Source of the DNA: Bdellovibrionales bacterium
GTDB lineage: Bacteria > Bdellovibrionota > Bdellovibrionia > Bdellovibrionales > JAMPXM01
Direction of reading: 5' to 3'
Length of the DNA stretch: 30,863 nt
NCBI GenBank assembly: GCA_043739185.1
Contig: JAYUEN010000471.1
Location: forward strand, 1-30,863
The first letter of the stretch is position 1. Each line of letters opens with the position of its first letter. The position numbers and the translations under genes were made by a program. Shown here in pieces: positions 14,733-24,002 of the stretch. Below the pieces are notes generated by a model, which searched no databases, had not been told where the DNA came from, and worked only from the letters and a program-made list of their open reading frames with translations.

Positions 14733-15740
14733 CTATTTGCTAAAATAGCTTTGCATGGAACTCACTAGAGGTGCCAGAGAATCAACGTTGCACGATGAGC
14801 GAATTAAATTGGACATCAGCTCGCCATCAAACATTTGGAGTTTCTTTCTGTTGGCGCCGATAAGATCCCGATAGGACGGGTAAGGAGCGGCACTATGTGT
14901 TTTTTCTAATACGGCACGGCCGATGGCGTATTCAACGGGAATCCAATCTAGATCAATTTTGCCTTCAGTGAGTCCACCAGCCAAAAGCTGATGAGCGAAT
15001 TGAGTATCCTCATTTATTATCAACATATCTTTAAGAGCCACATAGTCGGGAATAGGAGCCTGCGCCCAATTTGAAATAGCCTCAATCAAGTCAGACGAAG
15101 TTTGCACTTGTGCAAAAAGAGTTCTCGAATAGTCAGTGACATAGGAGTCGAAGTGGTTACTTGCTTTGGCCCGCGAAAGAAAATAAGTTGCGCGCTCTAA
15201 CTGACCAGTTCTCCTCGCGATGATGGCTGCATATAGGAAGGGGGCTGAATTCGTTGGATCTTCGTCGATCACGTCCTCTAACAACATGAGAGCTTCATCA
15301 TTATCGACTTGTAAGTGTCTGCCTTGAAGAAGATCGGCCCGAGCTAAGGCTAGTAGAAACCTACCTTGAATAGATCCCTCGGGTTTCACACTTTCCGAGT
15401 TCGAGTCATACCAGGGCCCAACTACTTTATTTAGGATGTCGCGGTTACGCGGCAAGAATTCATTGCTTGCGATTTGGGAATTGATTTTTTCCCAACACTT
15501 GGTCTCTTCATCGTCTAAATCTGGGAATAAGGCTTGTGAATTCGTAACAGAATTCAACTTGCGGTCTTGATTTTTTATGGTCGAATTGTCAGCCCTGCGG
15601 CTCGTCGGTTCGATAGACGTGACACTCGGATCCAAGGCTCTCAGTGGAGTTTCGATTGACGAGCGCTTTGAAATCAAAGTCCCGCGAAAAAATAGCGCTC
15701 CAACTACAAGAACTAAAAGAAACATCCATTTTTTTTGCAT
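14733..15740 (-). CDS. Membrane-anchored helical protein with a TPR-like segment
   Basis: N-terminal TM helix. EALMLLEDVIDEDPTNSAPFLYAAIIARRTGQLERATYFLSRA is TPR-like. Confidence 0.7.
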   Translation of the reverse strand: MQKKWMFLLVLVVGALFFRGTLISKRSSIETPLRALDPSVTSIEPTSRRADNSTIKNQDRKLNSVTNSQALFPDLDDEETKCWEKINSQIASNEFLPRNRDILNKVVGPWYDSNSESVKPEGSIQGRFLLALARADLLQGRHLQVDNDEALMLLEDVIDEDPTNSAPFLYAAIIARRTGQLERATYFLSRAKASNHFDSYVTDYSRTLFAQVQTSSDLIEAISNWAQAPIPDYVALKDMLIINEDTQFAHQLLAGGLTEGKIDLDWIPVEYAIGRAVLEKTHSAAPYPSYRDLIGANRKKLQMFDGELMSNLIRSSCNVDSLAPLVSSMQSYFSK

Positions 15741-15890
15741 CTATTTCAATTTTAGCACCAATTTTCGGAATGGAACAATATTCTTTTTTGACGTATTCGC
15801 TTTTAAAGCGGCACTCACTCTCAAGCTAAAGGTGACTCTAACTCTCTAATTAGACCCCAGAATCACTACTCAGCTGTATGGCTGTCTTGA

Positions 15891-16649
15891 CTATTTTAGC
15901 GACGCTCGTAACTTGTCAGCTGAAACGTAACATGAGGGAGGCGAAAGATAATGAGACATGAAATCTGCGACATTCATAGCGTCGCCATTGAGTCCGTTTG
16001 TGCCGCTAATCAAAACCTCTGGAGAATCGATTCCTTGAATGGCAGAAATAGACACAGAAAATTCTTTTGGAAAGAAATTAGGTGAATCAAAGTACCCGCC
16101 GTGAGTTGTGAACTGAATCTGCTGGGCCTTTGGGATTGGAAATGTCAGTTTGAGCTTGCTTCCATCAGCTGTGAGATACTCTACTACTTTTGCATCAATT
16201 TGAGCACCTGATTTTAAACCCACAGCAACAGCAGCTAATTTTTGAAAAATAGGCGCAGTCAAAGCTCTATTGGCGGCTACATCTTGATTGTTTCTTTTCA
16301 TGCCGTTTCTTTTTTCTAGTATTTGAGTGGCGAGAGTTAATTTCTCATCATCATCTCGGCTATCAGCGTATTTTTTATCTAGAAGCTGTAGTTGGAGATC
16401 AAGAGAAGCTAATTCTTCATGACGTTTAGCTTGTTCTCTCACAATTCTGGCTTCGTCAGGTGTCAGTTGAGAAACGATGCGCTTCATAGTTTCAGATGCT
16501 ATGTCGAGGTTGATCGCAGTGCTATAAACTTTATAGCCGGCCTTGATTTGGTCGATGCAGACATTCTTTTGCGCGTCTTCGATTGAAGTTTGCGCAGTTA
16601 CGGAAAGTCCTACCAATAAAACGCTCAAAATTGTCAATGCCGATTGCAT
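15891..16649 (-). CDS. Secreted hypothetical protein with a coiled-coil region
   Basis: AGAGG RBS, signal peptide, heptad-rich central segment. Confidence 0.75.
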   Translation of the reverse strand: MQSALTILSVLLVGLSVTAQTSIEDAQKNVCIDQIKAGYKVYSTAINLDIASETMKRIVSQLTPDEARIVREQAKRHEELASLDLQLQLLDKKYADSRDDDEKLTLATQILEKRNGMKRNNQDVAANRALTAPIFQKLAAVAVGLKSGAQIDAKVVEYLTADGSKLKLTFPIPKAQQIQFTTHGGYFDSPNFFPKEFSVSISAIQGIDSPEVLISGTNGLNGDAMNVADFMSHYLSPPSCYVSADKLRASLK

Positions 16650-16829
16650 AAGAACCTCTTTACGATTGTTTGATATCTAAAAACAAGATTAGGTTAAAGG
16701 CCTGCAAAACTCCGGCCTAAAAACAAATGAATCGAAGTCGAGGTTTGGACAGCTTGCCATTAAATAACAGGGGAAGGTCCCAAACACTTGGATGTGGTCA
16801 AAGATATCTAAAACCTGAATTGAAAACAT

Positions 16830-17078
16830 TTACTGCGCTTTTTGACTATTTTCTCCCGCAAACTTTCTGAAGTATCCACACTCTTGAATTATTTCCTGAT
16901 AATATTTTGTATCTGAAAAGTTTTCGATTAATACCTTGAAATACTTGGGCGAGTAGGTGGTCACATCCTGCCGCTGCAACGACCAAAGAAATGCCCAGGT
17001 TTCACGTTTCGAATTACTAACTTCGCTATAGAGAGAACTAAAGAATTTGTTCTCCTCTGTTTTTGCGTCAAGAATTTC
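16830..17078 (-). pseudogene. Start-less C-terminal gene remnant
   Basis: 82 sense codons with no start at the 5' end: EILDAKTEENKFF...YFKVLIENFSDTKYYQEIIQECGYFRKF...*. Protein-like composition, preceded by TGA TAA. Confidence 0.45.
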
Positions 17079-17163
17079 TTATCATAAACCCGACCATTAT
17101 CGGTGTCGAATTCAATCTCTCACTAAAATTGACTATTGAAAGGAAGAAGATTAGTTTTTATTA

Positions 17164-18231
17164 ATGAATCCAATTCGCATCATGCTCCTCTTGCTAATTG
17201 TGTATGGTCCTCCAACCTCAGCTGCCGAATCGACGTGGGTCAGGTGCACATCGCCTAACGGAATGTCGAGTAAAATCCAGAGAGGAAAATGCTCTTCACC
17301 CACAGACGTTCAGACTTCTGTAGCAGTAGTCGTAGGGACGAACCCAAGTCTACAAAGGCCCGCAGTTGAGACCGTCAAAGCCTCAGCCTTGGCCGAAGCT
17401 CGAAAATCCTTTAAAACAACTATCCGCCCACAAGTATTAACTCACCAGAGTATGCCTAAGGCGCCCGAACTGATTTTTCGAAACGTAAAATACCTTGCTC
17501 CGGTCGGAGACTTGGGTGCGTATGTCACTCCATCTCGCAATGATGGCAAAAAGTATCCCGCGATCATCTGGATCACCGGAGGTGATTGCAATTCACTTAG
17601 CGATGTGTGGACTCAGGCAGACAGACTAAATGATCAAAGTGCATCGGCGTACCGCAAGCTCGGTATTGTGATGATGTTCCCTTCGCTAAGAGGCGGAAAT
17701 GAAAATCCGGGGACAAAAGAGGGCTTTTACGGTGAGATCCAAGACGTTCTGGCCGCGTTGGATTATCTAGAGAAATTGGATTATGTGGATCAAAAACGCA
17801 TTTACCTTGGAGGGCATAGTACAGGAGGAACACTTGCACTTTTGGTAGCTGAGTATTCTAATCGCTTTCGTGCTATTTTCTCATTCGGTCCAGTTAGTAA
17901 TGTATTGTCTTACAGAAGTCAGCCCAGCTATATTCCAATTGATATTTTAGACAGTAAAGAAGTGGAATTGAGATCGCCGATTTTCTGGCTTTCTAGCGTT
18001 CAATCACCGACGTGGGTCTTCGAAGGCACTGGCGGCAATATCGGACCTTTTCGTGAAATGGCCATGGCATCGAAAAGCAAAATTATTCGTTTTATGGAAG
18101 TCAAAGGCGCCAATCATTTTTCAATTCTTGCACCGATGAACGAGCTGATCGCAAAGAAAATTCTTGAAGACAAAAATCCTAAACTCGAGATGTCTTATTC
18201 TTATAGTGAATTGAATGCACTATTTAAGTGA
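17164..18231 (+). CDS. Secreted alpha/beta hydrolase (peptidase S9-like)
   Basis: KYPAIIWITGG, PSLRGGNENPG, nucleophile elbow GGHSTGG, and GANHF. Signal peptide plus a small two-Cys N-terminal module. Confidence 0.88.
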   Translation: MNPIRIMLLLLIVYGPPTSAAESTWVRCTSPNGMSSKIQRGKCSSPTDVQTSVAVVVGTNPSLQRPAVETVKASALAEARKSFKTTIRPQVLTHQSMPKAPELIFRNVKYLAPVGDLGAYVTPSRNDGKKYPAIIWITGGDCNSLSDVWTQADRLNDQSASAYRKLGIVMMFPSLRGGNENPGTKEGFYGEIQDVLAALDYLEKLDYVDQKRIYLGGHSTGGTLALLVAEYSNRFRAIFSFGPVSNVLSYRSQPSYIPIDILDSKEVELRSPIFWLSSVQSPTWVFEGTGGNIGPFREMAMASKSKIIRFMEVKGANHFSILAPMNELIAKKILEDKNPKLEMSYSYSELNALFK

Positions 18232-18806
18232 TTTTTCTCGAGGTTCATACTTGTCAGATTGCAATAAGGACTAAGCCCTTATTGAGTCCATATCACCTTT
18301 GTTTGAAACGAATTCTCAGTGAAAGTTTGGGTATGGCTTCAAAATCAATTAAGAAGGCGTACGCGCCTCTGATTGATTCGGGTATGGCGGCAACTTCAGA
18401 GCAATCTCCGGAACGAACTCTTTTTCGACTTAAAAGTGGCGAATCCTTTCTTGGGTTTTTGAATTCGGAAATTGTGGGTACGATCACAATCATGAAAGAC
18501 GACAATCTTGAACCAATCCCGTGGTTTAAAAAGCCAGGAGTATTCTGGTTTCAGCAATTCGCTATAAGGCCAGGATTTCAAGGAAAGGGATTAGGAGGAG
18601 AGCTTCTCTCATTTGCAGAATCATTTGCCTTGACCGAAGGCGCCAACGAGCTAGCTCTTGATACCGCAGAAGTTGCAAAATCGCTTGTCGAATGGTACCG
18701 AAGTCGCGGCTATAGATTTATTGAGTATTGCCAACTACCAGGTGTTTCCTACCATAGTATCGTTCTAAGCAAGAAGCTTCACATCGCCGTGTCCGCTGTT
18801 GATTAA
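18228..18806 (+). CDS. GNAT N-acetyltransferase
   Basis: FAIRPGFQGKGLGGELL (motif A), LALDTAE and WYRSRGY. Start uncertain (GTG 18228 or ATG 18333). Confidence 0.9.
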   Translation: MIFLEVHTCQIAIRTKPLLSPYHLCLKRILSESLGMASKSIKKAYAPLIDSGMAATSEQSPERTLFRLKSGESFLGFLNSEIVGTITIMKDDNLEPIPWFKKPGVFWFQQFAIRPGFQGKGLGGELLSFAESFALTEGANELALDTAEVAKSLVEWYRSRGYRFIEYCQLPGVSYHSIVLSKKLHIAVSAVD

Positions 18807-19029
18807 TTTCACTTAACTGAAGAAAAAACCAGATACTTGAAGACGTGGACTGCGTGTACAAAAACGCCTATGAAAAATCGGATCGAATTATGTGCTTTCA
18901 AGATCTTTATTTGGACCCCAAAATTCATATAACTCCTGATCTCTTCCACTTTACTCTCCGCGAAATTGACTAAGCAGTTGAGAGCATGCGATATTTCAAC
19001 TCTTATCGTGAGTCAGGAAGGAACCAATA

Positions 19030-20100
19030 ATGGATGTGCGTAAGGGCCAGTTAAAAGTCACCTTGACCGAAGCAGAATTTAAAAAACGTATGCGTGAAAA
19101 ATTTTATGATCCTGAATTTGATTCAGTAGAAAAAGAACTTCGAAGTGTTATTCAGGTGGCTTGGAAAAATTATATTGAATATCGAAAAAGTCCACGGTCA
19201 AAACTCGCTGGCTCAAAATTTGCCGATCCTAAATTTGAGCTCCCAATCGAGTGGCTTGAAACCAGTGATAAACTCAAGAAAGCAGAAAAAATTCAAAAAA
19301 ATGCTAAATCAAAATCTCGCATTCTCGTGATTTGTGCTTCTCCACGTAATGATCAAACATGCCCAGGTGAGATGTCAAAAACCTTTCGTTTGGCTGAGAT
19401 CGCTAAAAAAATTATTGAACGTGAAAGGGGCTTTGAATGTGATTTCCTTGACCTCAGTAGAGTCACGGCTGAGTTTGGCAAAGTTATTTTTCCGTGCAAA
19501 GGCTGCGTTTCAACTGCCATGCCTCTTTGCAACTGGCCTTGCTCTTGTTATCCTAACCATGCATTAGCACAATCGGGCGACTGGATGGCTGATATTTATG
19601 AAAAGTGGGTTTTAGCTCACGGCGTGATGATTGTTACTCCAGTGCACTGGTATCAGAGTCCTTCCGTTTTGAAACTGATGATCGATCGGCTTGTTTGCGC
19701 AGATGGTGGCAATTCTGATCCGACGTTAACAGGTGGCAAAGATCCAGCAAAAGCAAAAAAACTAGAACTCGAGGGCTGGGATTATCCTAAACATCTTGCA
19801 GGCAGAGCTTTTTCTGTCGTTGTTCATGGTGATGCAGCAGGTGTTGAAAACCTGAGACGTATTCTTTCCGATTGGCTTACCGATATGCATTTGATTCAGG
19901 CAAGTGCAAGCTCTGTCATTGGACAATATATCGGTTATTATAAACCCTATGCGATAAGTCACAAAGAGCTCGATAATGACAAAAATATTCAAATCGAAGT
20001 AAAAAATGCAGCAAAGAGTTTGCTGAAACAAATAAAGATGATTCGTTCGGGAGCCTACGTCAGTCCTGATACAGGACTGACGGATCCAAATCAAAAATAA
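19030..20100 (+). CDS. Flavodoxin-like NAD(P)H-dependent FMN reductase / iron-sulfur flavoprotein family
   Basis: ILVICASPRND, PCKGCVSTAMPLCNWPCSC, TPVHWYQSPSVLKLMIDRL and VVHGD. Confidence 0.9.
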   Translation: MDVRKGQLKVTLTEAEFKKRMREKFYDPEFDSVEKELRSVIQVAWKNYIEYRKSPRSKLAGSKFADPKFELPIEWLETSDKLKKAEKIQKNAKSKSRILVICASPRNDQTCPGEMSKTFRLAEIAKKIIERERGFECDFLDLSRVTAEFGKVIFPCKGCVSTAMPLCNWPCSCYPNHALAQSGDWMADIYEKWVLAHGVMIVTPVHWYQSPSVLKLMIDRLVCADGGNSDPTLTGGKDPAKAKKLELEGWDYPKHLAGRAFSVVVHGDAAGVENLRRILSDWLTDMHLIQASASSVIGQYIGYYKPYAISHKELDNDKNIQIEVKNAAKSLLKQIKMIRSGAYVSPDTGLTDPNQK

Positions 20101-20640
20101 ATTCTAAAGTGATGAATATTTTGGAATTTAAAAACCATTAAGGCGCCGGGAAGCACCAGTTAAAGTGTTCCTTCCATCCTTATAATAAATACGGACCAGT
20201 GATCGTGGCCGAGACTAAAGTGGCAGCGGTTACGGCAATCATCTAACGCTTGAATCGATGAATTTTCGTAGTCGATTTTCTATATCGTGATGAGACTGCA
20301 GCTACACAATCAGTTACATAACTGGAGCCAGTGTGAGTGAAGCATCAGACAAAGAAATAAAAAACTGTTATGTTCATTTTATGAAAATACTTACAGTAAT
20401 TATAATGAACTTTTTGCCATGGTCCTCTTACTGTTTAGGTTGTCAAATTAATGTACACAACAACAAAGTTTAATCACTTGGTATTACAATATTTGAATTC
20501 ACTGAACATTGAATTTTACTATTCAACACTTCTTCAGCTTGAATACCTATTTAAAAGTCCATTCCTATATTACAATAGCTATAAGGCATGTTTAGAGACG
20601 CATTTTCTATATTTTGAAATGCTCAGAAATGGGATGAAAA

Positions 20641-21591
20641 ATGAATTCTCGAAAAGGCTACCATCTAAGAGTTGAAGTCATTGCAATCCTTACACTCTTC
20701 TACTTTATGCTTCAAGCTTGCAGCCCGGGCGATACATATTCGGTTTCAAAAGCGTCCCTTAACTTAAGTGCAAATTCGGGTGGAGTAACAGCTACGCCCG
20801 TACCCATTCCGAATTCAAGCAATCCAGCTAATGGACCATTGTGCTCTTGGCAATGGGCTGATGATTTTGCTCCACCAACTCCGCTCAGTCTTCGGCCTCC
20901 CATTAGGGCTATAAATTGTACTCAAGCTAATATTGGTCAAAAACAAAATGTGATTGATAGCTCGGCCGACTGGACATGTTTGTGTCAGACTCCGCCGGCT
21001 GCGAGCCCGACTCCAACGCCTACGCCACCGCCGGCTACTAGCCCAACTCCCACACCAACACCGCCCGTAACAACAGATGGATGTCCATCCGTTACACCAA
21101 TCCAATACGAATTAGATGCGGCAAGCCCCTACGTAAAGTTTAAGACGGGACATTATGCCAGCCAATCGTTTAATGTTAGCAGCAGCGGAATGACGGCTCT
21201 TTCGTATGTAAAACTTGAAGACCAAACGAATGTTGTTATTCGGCTGAATGTAAGGGCCACAGATACAACCTTAGGAAAACAATGGCCAGCTTCAACCGCG
21301 TACGCTGAGGTTAGTGCAAATATCGGGTCACAATACATAACAATCTCAAAATCTAAATGTGATTTTTCGGCTTCAGCTTTTTGGCTCACAGTGCCGGCTC
21401 CGGCACCTCCAGAATTTCGGGGAGGGTCATACTTTTCAATTAATGAACCGAACCGATTAGCCACCAGCGGGGCTACTTTCAATAATTTAACAACGGGTAC
21501 TTGGTATATTAATATTAAAAATTTCGGAACAAAGTGCAATGTGCCTTATGATGGCAATTGGTGCGATATACTTTTTGAATGGGCTAACTAG
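20641..21591 (+). CDS. Lipoprotein with a Pro-Thr linker and a C-terminal beta-rich domain
   Basis: FMLQA|C lipobox, a Cys-rich N-terminal module, and a duplicated PPA(A/T)SPTPTPTP linker. Confidence 0.8.
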   Translation: MNSRKGYHLRVEVIAILTLFYFMLQACSPGDTYSVSKASLNLSANSGGVTATPVPIPNSSNPANGPLCSWQWADDFAPPTPLSLRPPIRAINCTQANIGQKQNVIDSSADWTCLCQTPPAASPTPTPTPPPATSPTPTPTPPVTTDGCPSVTPIQYELDAASPYVKFKTGHYASQSFNVSSSGMTALSYVKLEDQTNVVIRLNVRATDTTLGKQWPASTAYAEVSANIGSQYITISKSKCDFSASAFWLTVPAPAPPEFRGGSYFSINEPNRLATSGATFNNLTTGTWYINIKNFGTKCNVPYDGNWCDILFEWAN

Positions 21592-21659
21592 TTAGTAATA
21601 TCGGCAATCAAGCGCCTTCTTAATCGACCTATCAGCTTAAAATCCACTCTTTGTGAAGC

Positions 21660-22322
21660 CGAGTAGAATAAAGAATTTACCTTTGTAAAAGCGATAAAAC
21701 ACCAAGCAAAACATTTTCCACGGTCGCTAAAATAAATTTTCGAATTTTGAAATCAGGTCAGCGATTTTTATCACAACTCCGAGAGATAAAGTGTTAAAGA
21801 GTCTCCAGCGTCCGTGAAATAGAGCGGCTTGCATTTCACAAGCACAAAGAGTCGACAGGGTTCGGGGCCAACCGGTAAATTTCAAGGAAGGAGACGTATA
21901 TCCATTGAACGAATACTCGAGAAGCGAAGGCCAGAAGACTCGAGCGGAACGCCCTGAATACGGAGTTGAGAAACCGTACCATAAAAGCTTAAGCAAAAGT
22001 GATAATTCCGGCAGAAGCTAAGTCGGGCAGAAGTAGCTTGGGTGAGCACCAATGTTTTCGAATTTTGACACAGGTAAATTGACTAAATTGAGTAGTCGTT
22101 TCATATGGCCCTAATGTCAGCTTCGCAATTTCTTTACAGCGAACGTTCATGCCAATTGAATGCATCACTCGATCCCGCATCGACTTCGTTGAACCCTTGC
22201 TCGCGCATCTGACTAATCTGAGCAATAAATTGATCTGCTTCGCTGAGCATCCACTTCTCCTAAGAAGCGGATACTACTTCTTTTGGATTGAGTAGGTTAG
22301 GCGTGTAATAGGCAGGAGTTAC
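21660..22322 (-). mobile_element. Heavily degraded IS66-like element (tnpA/tnpB remnants)
   Basis: Minus-strand fragments in shifting frames. TnpA-like: MLSEADQFIAQISQMREQ (ATG 22250, GGAG RBS), KSMRDRV...KEIAKLTLGPYET, GTVSQLRIQGVPLE. IS66 TnpB-like: IYRLAPNPVD, EMQAALF, FCLVFYRFYKGKF. GTAAC at 22322 is a possible left end. Confidence 0.5.
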
Positions 22323-22560
22323 CCAGCTCTGCCGTCAACTCTATCAATAAATCTCAATTTAGAACGATCTCGTCTTGAAACAGCAAAGAATAAAGTCCCC
22401 ATTTGTATGGGAATTCGGAAAACTTATCGTCAAATAAGTTCATTCAAAACTTACTCAAGGCAAGTCATTCTTAAGAGATCAAGGGCATCGTGCCTTGAAC
22501 GAAATGATGTCCCTAAACAAATAGCGGGGAAGTCAAAACACTTTCAAATAGGGGAACCAC

Positions 22561-23931
22561 ATGAAAAATGCCACGAGAAAATTTAGATACCAAATCAAAG
22601 ACCTTTATAAGAAGACGTATGATTCTTTGAATCACGAAGGAGAAACCAGCTATGACCTTTTGAAACGGCTACTCAAAGCAGCGACCATCACAAGATTTCG
22701 CAAACACATATTGCTGGGCATTTGTTCGGCAGCTGTTTCATTGGTGATGTTTCAAAATATGACCGCTGGTGATTTTAAGAACTTAATAAATAGCAGTTAT
22801 CAAAATATTACCGTCAGTATCGGTACATTGCCTCCAGGTTACTTAGGAACAACTCGGGTTAACGGACAAAATGAAAGCATCACCATTTCAAATGCGAATC
22901 CAGATGGCGTGCAATTTGTAACTATGGCACATGAGTTATTTCATGCAATTACTGCTTTAGACGATGGCCCCATGAATGTTCAAGTTATAAATATGAACAT
23001 TCCCGACAACTATCTGTATAGCGGAAACTTCACTGCCAGCGAAGTTGGTGCATATACGCTGGAGTTAGGTCTTTACGACAGCCTTTTTGCCGGGGCAAGC
23101 AATCAATATATCGCAAGCAACGGAATGAACCTCTTTAATAGCGCTAAGAATAATTTAATACAAATGTCCAACGCAAGTAATGCACTCATAAGCAAAATAA
23201 GTGATATGCTTGCTCAACCAGGTGTTGTTGATTCATTGAGTAACTCTGGCAATGCCAGTATTGGGCAGCAAGCTTTATCCATAGTTTGGTACGCCGGAAA
23301 TACTTTTGGAATTGTTTGCTTAAACTGCAATATACCTGGAGCAGTTACAAATGCGTCTCCAAGACTAAATTTTAGTGCTGGTAAGACGAATGCAATGGGC
23401 GATAACGCAGGCGCCATGAAATATATCATACCCAAAATCCAGAATCTAAAGACTATGTTGGCAGAATTTAATCCGAGCAATCCTCGTATGCGAGCTTATT
23501 TAGAAAGGGCACAAAATATCGTTCTTGCAAAAGTCAGAAAGTCCCAAACCATAGTAGGTTATGGCCCTTATGAAGCTGTTAGCGGAGCCGTTGCAGTTAG
23601 TCGTGGGCCGATTTATTATGGGGACTTTGAAATGTTTTATCCGCCTGACGCAGCTTCTGCAACCCCAATAAAAAAAGGTACGGTCGAGATGAGGTTTTAC
23701 GACCTCGACGGAAATCTCATTCCTGCATCTGATGTGATAGTTACATTCCCAGCTAAATCCGACAACACTCCAGTAGGAGGCGGAATTAACCAGAACCGAG
23801 ACGCAAGTATTCCCGAAAGTGGAACTTCGGGAGGACCAGTGCCAGATAGCTTCTGGGACCAAAACGGTAGCGGCGGCTTTGGCGGCGGCGGCGGCGGCTT
23901 TGGCGGCTATGTTTTTGAGGAACTGCGTTGA
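22561..23931 (+). CDS. Exported zinc metallopeptidase-like protein (HExxH) with a Gly-rich tail
   Basis: Hydrophobic segment ending LVMFQNM, TMAHELFHA plus a downstream SEVGAY Glu, and tail GSGGFGGGGGGFGGYVFEELR. Confidence 0.75.
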   Translation: MKNATRKFRYQIKDLYKKTYDSLNHEGETSYDLLKRLLKAATITRFRKHILLGICSAAVSLVMFQNMTAGDFKNLINSSYQNITVSIGTLPPGYLGTTRVNGQNESITISNANPDGVQFVTMAHELFHAITALDDGPMNVQVINMNIPDNYLYSGNFTASEVGAYTLELGLYDSLFAGASNQYIASNGMNLFNSAKNNLIQMSNASNALISKISDMLAQPGVVDSLSNSGNASIGQQALSIVWYAGNTFGIVCLNCNIPGAVTNASPRLNFSAGKTNAMGDNAGAMKYIIPKIQNLKTMLAEFNPSNPRMRAYLERAQNIVLAKVRKSQTIVGYGPYEAVSGAVAVSRGPIYYGDFEMFYPPDAASATPIKKGTVEMRFYDLDGNLIPASDVIVTFPAKSDNTPVGGGINQNRDASIPESGTSGGPVPDSFWDQNGSGGFGGGGGGFGGYVFEELR

Positions 23932-24002
23932 TAGGGAAAAAACATTGAGAACAAAGTTTATTGAAAATCGAAAACTGAACATTTTTAGAAAAGGAAAAAA
24001 CA

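Noticed and set aside
20451..20675. 74-aa ORF upstream of the PT lipoprotein
   Set aside because: AT-rich, no RBS or motif, and overlaps the next gene; probably promoter DNA.
21727..22225. ORFs 21727..21996 and 21989..22225 as intact genes
   Set aside because: Better explained as frame fragments of a decayed IS66-like element.
23872..23907. GGC tract as a phase-variation switch; Ala-rich alternative ORFs 23819..24019 and 23500..24003
   Set aside because: Triplet slippage preserves frame and only changes Gly-tail length. The alternative ORFs are by-products of the GGC run.
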